In this document: positions 19,381-29,363 of the stretch, one piece after another | How the letters are laid out: each line of letters starts with the position of its first letter | How positions within the stretch are numbered: the stretch's first letter is position 1 | NCBI GenBank assembly: GCA_051003195.1 | Contig: JBPCLP010000008.1 | Location: 1-64,000 of the forward strand | DNA length: 64,000 nt | Origin: Candidatus Sumerlaeaceae bacterium | GTDB taxonomy: Bacteria > Sumerlaeota > Sumerlaeia > Sumerlaeales > Sumerlaeaceae | Direction of reading: 5' to 3' | Program-made: the position numbers and the translations under genes | The notes under the pieces: model-generated | Seen by the model: only the letters and a program-made list of their open reading frames with translations | Database searches by the model: none | What the model was told of the DNA's origin: nothing

Positions 19381-21171
19381 TTACATTTGTTCGAGTGTGG
19401 AAATCCCAAGCAGGGCGAGGCCGATCTGCATCGTGCGTGCGGTGGCGTCGCAGAGGCGCAAGCGGCTGAGGCGCGTGTTGCCTTCGCTTTGCAGCACAGA
19501 GCAGTTCTCATAAAATGAACTGAACGCGCCGGCGACATCGTATAGATACGTACAGAGGTGATGTGGCTTGAGCTCGCGTCCCATGACTTCGATGATCTCA
19601 CCAAAACGGAGCAGTGACTTGGCGAGAGTGATTTCCTGCGCGGCATTCAACACAAGCTCGGAAGCCGTATCCTTTTCAAACAAACTCGCAGAGGTTCCCG
19701 ATTCTGCGGCCTTGCGAAAAATGGAGCGCACGCGCGTGTAGACGTACTGGAGATAGGGTCCGGTGTTGCCTTCAAGCGAAAGCATCTTGTCCCACGAAAA
19801 CATGTAGTCGCCAGTGCGGTCCTTGGAAAGGTCGGCGTATTTAACCGCACCGATTCCGACGGTGCGCGCGATTTCGCGGCGCTGCGTTTCGGGCATGGTG
19901 GGATTTTTTTCGCTGACGAGGGCAAAGGCGCGTTCCTCCGCTTCGTCGAGCAGGTCTTTTAGTTTCACGGTGCCACCGGTGCGCGTTTTAAACGGTTTGC
20001 CGTCCTCGCCCAGCATCGTGCCGAAAGGCGCAAATTCCAGCCACACGCTTTCCGCCCAGCCGGCACGCTTCGCGGCTTCGAACACCTGGGCGAAGTGCTG
20101 CACCTGCCGGGAGTCGTGCACATATATCAGTCGACGCGCCCGGAGCTCTTTCACGCGGTATCGAATAGCGGCGAGGTCGGTGGTGGCGTACAGATAACCT
20201 CCGCCGGTTTTTTCGATGAGCAGGGGGGCGCCGAAGTTGTCGGAGAAAATGGCGATGGCTCCCTCGCTTCGTTCGGCGACGCCGGCGTCTTTGAGATCAT
20301 GGACGACTTCGGCCAGCATCTCATTGTAGAACGACTCACCGCGCTCGTGCTCTTCGCGGAGTCCGACGCCAAGCCGTTCGTAGATCGGCTGGTAATGCAG
20401 GCGGGTCTCGTCTACAATCAGGCGCCATAGCTTCAGCTCTTCTTCGCCGCCGCCCTGTAGTTGTACGACGATGGCACGCGCCTCGTCCTGGAAGGCGGGC
20501 TCGCGGTCAAAACGCTCTTTGGCTTCGCGGTAAAATTGTTCGAGGTCCTCGATGTGGTGGGTGGGGTGCGGTGGTTGCACGTGCATCGCATCAGCAGCCT
20601 GGAAGCCAGCTGCACCTGCGACGGTGCTTCGCAGGTGGGCGATGAGCATGCCGAACTGCGTGCCCCAGTCGCCGAGATGGTTTTGCCGAATGACCTCGTG
20701 TGCCTGGAACTCCAGCACGCGTGCAATGGCGTCGCCGATGATTGTGCTGCGAAGATGGCCAACGTGCATCTGCTTGGCGATATTGGGTCCGCTGTAATCC
20801 ACCACGGTCCGCACCGGAGCGGGCGCGGGTTCGACTCCAAGGCGGTCGTCGGCGGCATTGGATGAAAGCTGGGCGGCGACCCAGGCGGGCGACAGCCGGA
20901 CGTTAATGAAGCCGGGTCCCGCGATGGAGACATCTTCGGCCATTGCACCGAGATCCAGCGCCGCAACGATTCTCTCGGCTGTCGCGCGGGGGTTCGGTTT
21001 TCCGCCGACAGCTTCCACGGCGCGTTTGGCAAGTCCCATCGCAGCGTTGCACTGGTAATCGCCAAACGCGGTATTCTGGACCGGGGTGACCTGTGGGTCC
21101 GCATCGAACCCGAGGGCGGTTTGAATAGCAGCGCGAAACGCATCGGCGAGCTGAAAAGTTAATGGACGCAT
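19381..21171 (-). CDS. argS: Arginine--tRNA ligase
   Basis: Motifs FGDYQCN, GPGFIN, PNIAKQMHVGHLRS, GDWGTQFG and GNTGPYLQY; DALR C-terminus. Confidence 0.97.
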   Translation of the reverse strand: MRPLTFQLADAFRAAIQTALGFDADPQVTPVQNTAFGDYQCNAAMGLAKRAVEAVGGKPNPRATAERIVAALDLGAMAEDVSIAGPGFINVRLSPAWVAAQLSSNAADDRLGVEPAPAPVRTVVDYSGPNIAKQMHVGHLRSTIIGDAIARVLEFQAHEVIRQNHLGDWGTQFGMLIAHLRSTVAGAAGFQAADAMHVQPPHPTHHIEDLEQFYREAKERFDREPAFQDEARAIVVQLQGGGEEELKLWRLIVDETRLHYQPIYERLGVGLREEHERGESFYNEMLAEVVHDLKDAGVAERSEGAIAIFSDNFGAPLLIEKTGGGYLYATTDLAAIRYRVKELRARRLIYVHDSRQVQHFAQVFEAAKRAGWAESVWLEFAPFGTMLGEDGKPFKTRTGGTVKLKDLLDEAEERAFALVSEKNPTMPETQRREIARTVGIGAVKYADLSKDRTGDYMFSWDKMLSLEGNTGPYLQYVYTRVRSIFRKAAESGTSASLFEKDTASELVLNAAQEITLAKSLLRFGEIIEVMGRELKPHHLCTYLYDVAGAFSSFYENCSVLQSEGNTRLSRLRLCDATARTMQIGLALLGISTLEQM

Positions 21172-21228
21172 AGAGTCGCAGTTTCGGGGTGCGGGGTGTG
21201 GGTTGCCAAGGAGAAACGGGCAGCTTTT

Positions 21229-21274
21229 GAATGCGGATTGCGGAGTGCGGATTGCGGAGTACTTTCGAATGCGG
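21229..21274 (+). repeat. GAATGCGGATT 7-mer module, copy 3
   Basis: GAATGCGGATTGCGGAGTGCGGATTGCGGAGTACTTTCGAATGCGG. Confidence 0.85.
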
Positions 21275-21285
21275 CGGAGTGGGAG

Positions 21286-21390
21286 AGTGGTTAGTGGTTA
21301 GTGGTTAGTGGTTAGTGGTTAGTGGTTAGTGATTAGTGGTTAGTGATTAGTGGTTAGTGATTAGTGGTTAGTGGTTAGTGATTAGTGGTT
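21286..21390 (+). repeat. Heptamer tandem repeat (AGTG[G/A]TT) x15
   Basis: 11 AGTGGTT and 4 AGTGATT units, counted directly. Confidence 0.97.
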
Positions 21391-21402
21391 AGTTGGTGCC
21401 CG

Positions 21403-21428
21403 TTCGGAGTACAGGCTTTAGCCTGGGC
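21403..21428 (+). repeat. REP-like palindrome CAGGCTTTAGCCTG
   Basis: Its reverse complement matches 32922-32947 and 46919-46944. Confidence 0.75.
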
Positions 21429-21742
21429 CGACGCAAGCGCACAGAGGATCGCCCCGTTCGGAGTAAAGGTGTAAGTGTGGGTAGTGGGTAGTGGGTAGTA
21501 CTTTTTAAGCAGGAGGTAAAGGAGGAAGTGGAGAGAATGATGGTGGAGGTGTTGTTCGGTAGGATTATTGAATCAATCAGTTCGCGGTATTGCGTGCAGC
21601 GTGCAGGTTTGGTGCATCTGAAATGGAAAGCCGGAACCGGTCTCAGGATTGGCCTTGCACGGGGGTGATAACCTTGTTGCTGTGGCACCAGAGTCGGCAC
21701 CTTTGAGTTTACAAGCACGATGCGAACATAGAAAGTAATTAC

Positions 21743-21910
21743 TTGGCCAGACAGAACTACTCATTCGAAAAGCGCCAGAAAGAGATCGCGAAAAAGAAGA
21801 AGAAGGAAGAAAAGCTGCAGCGGCGGTCCGCGCCTAAGGAGACGTCGCCGGACGAGTTGCAAGACGACGAAAGACCTGGCGACGCGACACCGGATCCGCA
21901 AACGCCTTAG
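21743..21910 (+). CDS. Small basic/acidic protein (55 aa), missing from the ORF track
   Basis: TTG start; MARQNYSFEKRQKEIAKKKKKEEKLQRR..., resembling a widespread small hypothetical family. Confidence 0.75.
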   Translation: MARQNYSFEKRQKEIAKKKKKEEKLQRRSAPKETSPDELQDDERPGDATPDPQTP

Positions 21911-21952
21911 CATCGGGCAACGGGTTGTGGCGCCCGCGGCGGCGGTATTCCG

Positions 21953-22675
21953 CTATTGCGGGGCTGTTTCGGGATCCTCGGAAACGAGCTTCAGGCGGCA
22001 ATCATCGGGTTTGGAAACCGGGCTATTGTGGTAGCCGCGAATGTCCCATCCAGCATCCAGATGTTTGTCCAATTCCTTGTAATAAACATGACTGCCGCGA
22101 ATGTTATCGGCAAACGAGACGTCGTGAAAGACAACGGTTGAAGGCTTGTCGCTGTCGCTTAGCGCGTCGAATACCACGTCGGGATCGGCGAGATCGCCCG
22201 AATAGGCAACGGTACTGTCGGGACCTTGGAAAACGTAAGCGGAAGACGGCATGTTCTCCTGGTGGAGGCCCGTCGTATTGACAGGCTGAATGTGTGTGGA
22301 GCCGACTTGATTGGCTTCGCCATTAAGCTGCTGTAACTTCAGGAAGTTTTCGATTGGATCGCTGGTTCTCTGAAGTCGCAGCAAAGTGAGTAGCGGTTCG
22401 CGCAGCCATGGGGGAAAGACCAGAGTAACCGGTGATTTGTCGACGTGGTACCGGTGGTTGATGATGGAGCCGAGGCTGCCGACGTGATCGTCGTGAAGGT
22501 GGGTGACGATGATGTGAGTAATGCGGTCGATCCAGTGTGTGCGGCAGAGATCGCCATAGGTTGAGCAACCGGCATCGATAAGCGTGTATGTACCCAGGCC
22601 GGTGTCTACAACGGCTGCGGAACTTCCGAGCTCAGGAGAGAATGCGCCGCCCACCCCAAGAAATCTGATCATCAT
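21953..22675 (-). CDS. MBL-fold metallo-hydrolase (RNase Z-like)
   Basis: Motifs FLGVGGAF, THLHDDH, YSGD and FHD. Confidence 0.88.
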   Translation of the reverse strand: MMIRFLGVGGAFSPELGSSAAVVDTGLGTYTLIDAGCSTYGDLCRTHWIDRITHIIVTHLHDDHVGSLGSIINHRYHVDKSPVTLVFPPWLREPLLTLLRLQRTSDPIENFLKLQQLNGEANQVGSTHIQPVNTTGLHQENMPSSAYVFQGPDSTVAYSGDLADPDVVFDALSDSDKPSTVVFHDVSFADNIRGSHVYYKELDKHLDAGWDIRGYHNSPVSKPDDCRLKLVSEDPETAPQ

Positions 22676-22753
22676 GATGTTGGTCCGCCATCCTGGTGGA
22701 GCCTCTCAAAAGGGCCCCTGTACTTGCTATTTACGACATGTGTAGCAGGCCGG

Positions 22754-25354
22754 CTACTCGAGGTCAAGACTTCCTCGCGTGACGCCCAGCTTACTACTGG
22801 CGGACAACTGCCGCCAGAGTTTGCGTCCATCGGCATTGCCGCAAATAGCAGGCGCGTAGGCGTCGAGCACCTTTTGAACATCCTGTGCAGGCTGGGCAAT
22901 GAATTCGACACGGTAGTTGCGCACACCCGCCTCGAGAAGTCGGTGAAGGTATTCGCTGCCGCTTTGCGCGATGGCATTGTAGACCGTGTTGCGGCAACCG
23001 GCATCCGCTTTGACCGGGTGTTTGTATCCCATGCGGTCCTTAAGCTCAAGTGTGTGGTCTTCGCATGGCCGGCCGCAGTTGGTGAAATCGGTACCCGTTG
23101 AAAGGTACCTGCAAAACACACAGTGCTCCATGTGGAACATGGGCAGGTGCTGGTGAATGGTGACCTCGAACCAGGAAGCGGGAGCGCGGGCGAGAAGGTC
23201 GAGTAGCTGGTCAATGTTAAGGTCGTAGCTGGGCGTTAGTTGCCGGATCCCGCGTTTCCAAAGCAGCAGGGCAGTCAGGTCGTTGGCGACGTTGAGGGCA
23301 TAATCTCCGAGGAGCGGGAGTTCGGGAGAAATTTCAGAGAGGACGTGTAGCGCGGCAAGATTGCGGACAAGAATGGCGTCGGGGTTTGCTTCGAGCAGTT
23401 TGCGCACGAGCGGGGCCTCGCCTGGTTTCATGACGCGCAACGTTGCAGGCGCGAAACGAATGTGGGAAGGCACGAGCCCGCGGGCTTCGCGGTGCAGGCG
23501 GATATCTTCAAAATCTGTGTAAATCGTCGTGACGGATGGATGGGTAGCGGCGACTTCGACCTGGGATAGTGTGCGACAAAGCACGGATAGGCGGGACTGG
23601 CTGGGGCTTTCGGGGTGGTCGGTTGGGGGAAGCTCGCGACGGAATTCGATTAATGCATTGGGGTGGAGCGCGCGCATGCGGTTGTGTGCACGACGTTTTT
23701 GAATGAGGGCTTCGACGGCACGCCGGCGGAGTTGATTAAGGCGGCTGGTCGGGACCAGCAGTTCGCCACTTACATAGGCTTCGAAGTGGTCGAGGTAAAA
23801 AGGAGTGCCACCGAGGCGTCCGAGTTGCTGCTTCAGGATTAAGGGCGTAAGTGGGGACTGAGTCGCGTGATCGGGCAGAGCGGTATCGTCGAGCTCGACG
23901 ACGTTGCGGTTTTCGTCTTCGACGCGGAGGTGCAACGGAGCATCCGATGCGCAGTCGACGCGCATTTGAACCGGCCGGCGAAAGCGGACCTGATCACCAT
24001 CGAAGCTGGCAGCGAGCTCACGGTCGAGCGCGGGGTCGCTGGTTTTCCAGACGCGGTCACCGACATGAACTCGGCGAATTTCGAAGTCGGGGCCGAAGGC
24101 GAGTGTCGCATCGACGGGGTGGGCAGCAGAAGCGTCGGCATGTGAAGCGGCTGGGAGCGCGGACTTGCCGGAGGTGCGGAGGTTTGTTCCATCGTTCATG
24201 GTGTATACGCGACCGCCCGATTCGTCCTGGTCGGGGCGTCCTGCGTCGAAGACGACACCGTCGCCCGGCTTAAGCGGGCCTTCAAGTCGCACTTCGATTT
24301 CGCGCTGGCCGATGCGGACCACGCGTCCGAGGTAGAGCCCGCGTTTTTTCGGGTATCGGCCTTCGACGACGGACTGGTGATCGATGGAATGAAGATAGCC
24401 CCCGGTAAAGCCACGACTGAAAGTCATCTCGAGCTTTTCGCGGTCACGGCCGAGGAGTTGCGGCTTGCCGAGTTGCGGCGCAGGGTGTTCGATGTCGAGC
24501 GGCTCGAAAACCTGGTCGAGGGCATGGCGATAACTTTGCACGGTTGCGGCCACGTACTCAGGGCTTTTCAGTCGGCCCTCTATCTTCAAGCTGACGATGC
24601 CGGCGCGGACGAGTTCGTCGAGATCTTCATAGGCCGCGAGGTCCTTGGGCGAAAGCACGTATTTAATATCGCCGACATCGCGCGGCTCACCGTCGACGAT
24701 GAGGTCGTAGGGAAGGCGACAGGCCTGCGCGCACTCGCCGCGGTTGGCGCTGCGGCCGCCGAGTGCTTCGCTGGTGAGACACTGCCCGCTGTAGGCCACG
24801 CAAATCGCCCCATGCACAAAGACTTCGATTTCCTTCGAAGTGCTGCGGCGAATGGTGTTTAATTCTTTGATGCTGGTTTCGCGCGCGGCGACAATTCGTT
24901 CGAGCCGGAGCCCCAGGCCTTCGGCTCCCGCGATGGACTCGGCGCTTGTCAATGTCATCTGGGTGCTTGCGTGAATCGGGAGTTGTGACGCGAGCTGATG
25001 GGCAAGGGCAGCGAGTCCGAGATCCTGCACGAGTATGGCGTCGACACCGGCATTGCTGCATGCGGTAAGTACGCGCACGGCTTCCTCCAGTTCACTGCTG
25101 AAGATCAGCGTGTTGAGTGTCACGTATCCCTTCACGCCGCGCTCGTGCAGCCATGCCATGATTTCGGGCAGGTCTGTGAGTGCAAAGTTGCTTGCGCGCA
25201 GGCGCGCATTGAACTCCTGCACGCCAAAGTAAACTGCGTCGGCGCCATTTTCGACGGCAGCTTTCATCATCTCATCATTACCGGCGGGCGCGAGCAGCTC
25301 GGGCCGATTATAACTCGGCTTGGGTAACGTATGGGAAGTGGCGGTAGCGCTCAT
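22754..25354 (-). CDS. U32 family protein with DUF3656 region (RlhA-like RNA hydroxylase)
   Basis: Motifs ELLAPAG, HASTQ, HGAICVAYSGQC, NRGECAQACR and KIEGRLK. Confidence 0.9.
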   Translation of the reverse strand: MSATATSHTLPKPSYNRPELLAPAGNDEMMKAAVENGADAVYFGVQEFNARLRASNFALTDLPEIMAWLHERGVKGYVTLNTLIFSSELEEAVRVLTACSNAGVDAILVQDLGLAALAHQLASQLPIHASTQMTLTSAESIAGAEGLGLRLERIVAARETSIKELNTIRRSTSKEIEVFVHGAICVAYSGQCLTSEALGGRSANRGECAQACRLPYDLIVDGEPRDVGDIKYVLSPKDLAAYEDLDELVRAGIVSLKIEGRLKSPEYVAATVQSYRHALDQVFEPLDIEHPAPQLGKPQLLGRDREKLEMTFSRGFTGGYLHSIDHQSVVEGRYPKKRGLYLGRVVRIGQREIEVRLEGPLKPGDGVVFDAGRPDQDESGGRVYTMNDGTNLRTSGKSALPAASHADASAAHPVDATLAFGPDFEIRRVHVGDRVWKTSDPALDRELAASFDGDQVRFRRPVQMRVDCASDAPLHLRVEDENRNVVELDDTALPDHATQSPLTPLILKQQLGRLGGTPFYLDHFEAYVSGELLVPTSRLNQLRRRAVEALIQKRRAHNRMRALHPNALIEFRRELPPTDHPESPSQSRLSVLCRTLSQVEVAATHPSVTTIYTDFEDIRLHREARGLVPSHIRFAPATLRVMKPGEAPLVRKLLEANPDAILVRNLAALHVLSEISPELPLLGDYALNVANDLTALLLWKRGIRQLTPSYDLNIDQLLDLLARAPASWFEVTIHQHLPMFHMEHCVFCRYLSTGTDFTNCGRPCEDHTLELKDRMGYKHPVKADAGCRNTVYNAIAQSGSEYLHRLLEAGVRNYRVEFIAQPAQDVQKVLDAYAPAICGNADGRKLWRQLSASSKLGVTRGSLDLE

Positions 25355-25424
25355 CGGGCGAAGGGGCGACGCAAGCGCCCTTGCATTGGGCTACAGGTGG
25401 AAGGGTTTCTTAATCCTGCAAAGG

Positions 25425-25530
25425 CTAGTGGGAGTACCGTTAATACGTAATCAGTTCTGTGTGCCGAATCAGGCTCGTTTTCCGGGCCAAAATTGGATAG
25501 TGGATAGGAACTTCTGATTCGGCACACTAG
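25425..25530 (-). mobile_element. ~100-bp CYAG-bounded MITE-like element, copy 3
   Basis: CTAGTG...tgtgccgaatcag...ctgattcggcaCACTAG; the right-hand CTAG is the stop of the kinase gene. Confidence 0.85.
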
Positions 25531-26867
25531 GCGGCCTGGGCTATTCCAGGCAGGCGGATGACAAAAGCGGTTCCGTGGGCAGGATCGCCAAACGCGGCGA
25601 GGTCACCTCCCATTCGACGACACAGGTGCTGGGCTATGGTGAGACCGAGGCCTTTGTTGCTGTCGGATTTTACCGGCGTTTCGCTGGTGTCAGATGCGGT
25701 TTCATTATCATGGAACGTATGGAACAACCGATTCAGTTGATCGCTGTTCAGTGCGATGGCGGGTTGCATTACCATAAGTTCAACCAGGGGCAGATCGCGT
25801 GTTCCCTGCTGCGTGACTGAAAGTGTCAGCTTACTGCCATTGGACAAACGGGAGGCGAACGATAGGACCGTGACGAGTACCTGCCGTAATTTTGTCGGGT
25901 CTCCATTGCATTCGCATGTGGCTCCGTCGGGCGTTTGCACCTCGATGGAATTGCCACGGCGTTCAAAATTTTTGCGCGATTTAAAAATCGCTTCCTGTAT
26001 TACTTTTTCCAACTGAACGGCGCCCTGCCGCACCTGTCCCTTTCCGGCTTCGATGGTCGACAGATCGAGCAGGTCGTTGATGATTGCCATGAGGTGCGTC
26101 GCGGCGATTTCGATCTTCGCGAGATCCGCGTCCAGTTCCACGCGTGGCGTGTTTTTGGCTTCCTCGCGCAGCAGTTCCGTGTATCCAAGAATCGCATTGA
26201 GCGGGGTGCGCAGCTCATGGCTGACGCGGGCAAGAAAGCCGCTCTTGGCCTGGGCCATCTGTTGGGCGGTGTCACGGGTGGCGCGCAGTTCTTCATTAAT
26301 TCTCCGCAGGTCTCGCTCGCGCTGGTTCAGGCTGCTATAGAGCCGCGCGTTCTGAATTACGATGGCCAGCTGCTCGGCCAGCAGTTGAACCCATTCGACA
26401 AGCTCCTCGTCAAAGCGGTGCGTGTGTTCGCGGTCGTCCACTCGCAGCACGCCAATTGGTGTTCCCCCGAACATGATTGGAACGGCGAGTGTGCTTTTGA
26501 TGGCCAACCGCTGTGCGACATCGCGCGGTATGATATCGGACTGGCTTACATCGTCGATGACTATGGGCCGTGCCTCAAGAAAACAAATGCCGGAGATGCT
26601 ATGGCCGAGGGGCTGGGGCTCGGATTTCAGGTGGCCTTCGCCTGGTTGCGTGGCGCCGATGTAGTCGCCGCTGACCAGCGCGTCGAGGGCAGGATCATAA
26701 AGCAGAATACTAGCGCGGCTGACATTAAGCAGAGGCGGAAAGAGTTCGTAGACGCGCTGAAAAACGACGCTGAGTTCCACCGCCTCCTGGAACATTCGAT
26801 AGAACGTTCGCAGAAGGGGCATCCAGTTCTCTTCGCGGGCGGTATTGCTCATGTTGTGGGTATTCAA
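25527..26867 (-). CDS. GAF sensor histidine kinase with degenerate ATPase domain
   Basis: GAF domain; H-box SHELRTPLNAILGY; N and G1 boxes not conserved. Confidence 0.85.
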   Translation of the reverse strand: MNTHNMSNTAREENWMPLLRTFYRMFQEAVELSVVFQRVYELFPPLLNVSRASILLYDPALDALVSGDYIGATQPGEGHLKSEPQPLGHSISGICFLEARPIVIDDVSQSDIIPRDVAQRLAIKSTLAVPIMFGGTPIGVLRVDDREHTHRFDEELVEWVQLLAEQLAIVIQNARLYSSLNQRERDLRRINEELRATRDTAQQMAQAKSGFLARVSHELRTPLNAILGYTELLREEAKNTPRVELDADLAKIEIAATHLMAIINDLLDLSTIEAGKGQVRQGAVQLEKVIQEAIFKSRKNFERRGNSIEVQTPDGATCECNGDPTKLRQVLVTVLSFASRLSNGSKLTLSVTQQGTRDLPLVELMVMQPAIALNSDQLNRLFHTFHDNETASDTSETPVKSDSNKGLGLTIAQHLCRRMGGDLAAFGDPAHGTAFVIRLPGIAQAA

Positions 26868-27013
26868 TCCCGTGCTGTAGTAAGCGCTCGCAATTTTCTG
26901 TCCCGCCCTTTCCCTGAAACACCTCTGATCTCAAATTGAAGCCTGCGCAGGCAAGCAACATTTGACATCCGGCAGTCTTTAGAGTAATGCAAATCGAGTG
27001 AACTGAGCAATAA

Positions 27014-28534
27014 ATGACAGAGAACACAGACCCTTATCTCGCGTTGATACGTGAACTGAAGGAAATCGCAGTGCTGGCTTCGACGGTGTCACTGCTGCAC
27101 TGGGACGAGCAAACGCAACTGCCCTTAAAAGGTGGCGCAAATCGAGCGGAGCAAATCTCGCTGCTGGTTCGGCTGTGCCATGAGAGATTCACTTCTGCTC
27201 GTGTGGGCGGTCTGCTGGGTGAGGCCGAAACTGCTATGGGCGACCTGGACGAGGACACCGAACGTGCAGCCAACCTGCGCGAGACGCGCCGTGCGTACGA
27301 GCGGCAGACCAAACTTCCGGGAAGTCTGGTTGAGGAGCTATCGCGCACGACAGTGCTGGGGCAGCAGGCGTGGGTGCAGGCGCGGAAGAATTCAAACTAT
27401 GCAGAGTTCGAGCCGTGGTTGAGCAAGATCATCGGGCTGAAACGAGAAGAGGCCAGGTGCATCTCGGTACACGGGCCGCTGTACGACGCGCTGCTGGATG
27501 AGTTCGAACCTGGAGAGACGAGTGAAAACCTGCGCCGTGTTTTTGAGGAGTTACGCAGTCCGTTAATTGATCTCGTGGCGAACATCCGCGATTCCGGCAG
27601 GAAAGCTCCCGCAGAAATCCTCACGCGTCATTACCCGGCAGACGCGCAGGAAGCCTTCGCGCGAAAGGCGGCGACCGCGATTGGATTTGATTTTGAGGCA
27701 GGACGTCTTGATCGCAGCGTTCACCCGTTCTGTTCGATTATCGCGCCCGGTGACACGCGCATGACCACGCGGTATGACGAGAACTATTTCGGGGACGCGT
27801 TCTTCGGCGTGCTGCACGAGACCGGCCACGGGCTCTACGACCAGGGCCTGCCAACTGAGAACTTTGGGACCCCGCTCGGCGAAGCAGTGTCGCTGGGAAT
27901 ACATGAATCGCAGTCACGCATGTGGGAAAACCTGGTTGGTCGTGCACGGCCGTTCTGGCATTTTATGATGCCGGCTGTACGCGCTGCATTTCCGGCGGCG
28001 CTTGCCAGCGTTTCGGATGAGGAGTGGATGTTCGCGATCAATGATATTCGTCCGTCGCTGATCCGCACTGAGAGTGACGAGACGACGTATAATCTGCACA
28101 TTATGATTCGCTTTGAACTCGAGCAGGCGCTGTTGCATGGAGATTTGTCGACTGCAGATCTGCCGGGCGCATGGAACGATAAGGTGGAGTCTTTTCTTGG
28201 GCTGGTGCCGCCCACCGACGCTATGGGATGCCTGCAGGACATCCACTGGAGCAGTGGCGCGATTGGGTATTTTCCGACTTACACGCTTGGCAACCTGATT
28301 GCGGCGCAACTCTTCGAGACTGCAAAACGTAATGTCGCAGACCTGGAGGAAGGATTTGGGAGGGGTGATTTTGTCCCACTTCTGAAGTGGCTGCGAGAGA
28401 ACGTACACCAGCACGGAAAACGTTACAGCGCCGGGCAACTCGTGCAGCAGGCGACCGGAGCTTCGTTGAGCGCGGCCCCGCTGCTACGGCACCTGCGCAC
28501 AAAGGCACACGAGTATTACGGCGTTTCTGCATAA
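27014..28534 (+). CDS. Carboxypeptidase M32 (Taq family)
   Basis: Motifs HPF, HETGH, HESQSR, IRTESDE, GCLQDIHW and GYFPTY. Confidence 0.95.
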   Translation: MTENTDPYLALIRELKEIAVLASTVSLLHWDEQTQLPLKGGANRAEQISLLVRLCHERFTSARVGGLLGEAETAMGDLDEDTERAANLRETRRAYERQTKLPGSLVEELSRTTVLGQQAWVQARKNSNYAEFEPWLSKIIGLKREEARCISVHGPLYDALLDEFEPGETSENLRRVFEELRSPLIDLVANIRDSGRKAPAEILTRHYPADAQEAFARKAATAIGFDFEAGRLDRSVHPFCSIIAPGDTRMTTRYDENYFGDAFFGVLHETGHGLYDQGLPTENFGTPLGEAVSLGIHESQSRMWENLVGRARPFWHFMMPAVRAAFPAALASVSDEEWMFAINDIRPSLIRTESDETTYNLHIMIRFELEQALLHGDLSTADLPGAWNDKVESFLGLVPPTDAMGCLQDIHWSSGAIGYFPTYTLGNLIAAQLFETAKRNVADLEEGFGRGDFVPLLKWLRENVHQHGKRYSAGQLVQQATGASLSAAPLLRHLRTKAHEYYGVSA

Positions 28535-28690
28535 GGGGGCTGTGGGGTTTTAGCCGGCGAATCGAGCTCCGCTTTGCGTGTGCCTGGTCAGAAAGAGCAG
28601 ACACTCCCTGCAAGGGCATAGTTCTGGCGATGTTCGCCGGATTGTTGTAATAAGTGCCCGGCCTGCGCTGACCTAAGAGAGGGGCAAGTT

Positions 28691-29077
28691 ATGGCTATTG
28701 CCGCGTGTATTGAAGAATTTTCCGTCGAAACAACGACTGAACAGATTAAGGGTGCTGTGGGGGGGCTGCTTCCAAGGCCCCACTTTAAACCCAGAGTTTC
28801 CTATCGAGAGCCTTACTGGTTGGTGACCGTGAGTATATCCCCAAAATTTCGAGGACGCATTCCGTTGCAGGTACAGTTACCTGAACGGGTGGCCGAAGTG
28901 CAGGCGAGCCTTGAGAAACTCGGGCTTTTCGTGAGCCCTGAGGATGTGGCCAATCCCGATCTTGAACACGTACGCTGGCTGATGGCGGCGCCTTCGAGAG
29001 TGGAACTGGAAACAGGGCGCACACGGCGCCGCGAGTGGTATGGCAGAGGCTGGCATGGGCTCTCAACTGCCAACTAA
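28691..29077 (+). CDS. Hypothetical protein
   Basis: GAGG RBS; 128-aa ORF. Confidence 0.55.
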   Translation: MAIAACIEEFSVETTTEQIKGAVGGLLPRPHFKPRVSYREPYWLVTVSISPKFRGRIPLQVQLPERVAEVQASLEKLGLFVSPEDVANPDLEHVRWLMAAPSRVELETGRTRRREWYGRGWHGLSTAN

Positions 29078-29345
29078 TAAAATCGACGAGGTTCTCGCGC
29101 CCGTCCTGATGCGACACCCGGGCTTTTCCCTGGAGCAGTCGTCGCTGATAGACTCGGTCTGGTCGGGTCGTATTCGCCGTGGGCGCGAACTGCAGAAATT
29201 CCGAATGAATGAACTCGAGATTGCATTGCGCGATGCGCTCTACTCAAGCCAGCTTCAGTTGCGAAGTGCGCGCATCAGCCCCGATTTCATTGAGCTGCAG
29301 GTCACCGCGCCAGACGCAAATCCGCCGCAAGGCTTTTGTCTGTAG
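29055..29345 (+). CDS. Hypothetical protein
   Basis: GAGG RBS; overlaps the upstream ORF. Confidence 0.6.
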   Translation: MGSQLPTNKIDEVLAPVLMRHPGFSLEQSSLIDSVWSGRIRRGRELQKFRMNELEIALRDALYSSQLQLRSARISPDFIELQVTAPDANPPQGFCL

Positions 29346-29363
29346 CAATTAGAAAGGCCCACT

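Noticed and set aside
21286..21390. CRISPR array
   Set aside because: Contiguous 7-bp units with no spacers and no cas genes; this is a microsatellite.
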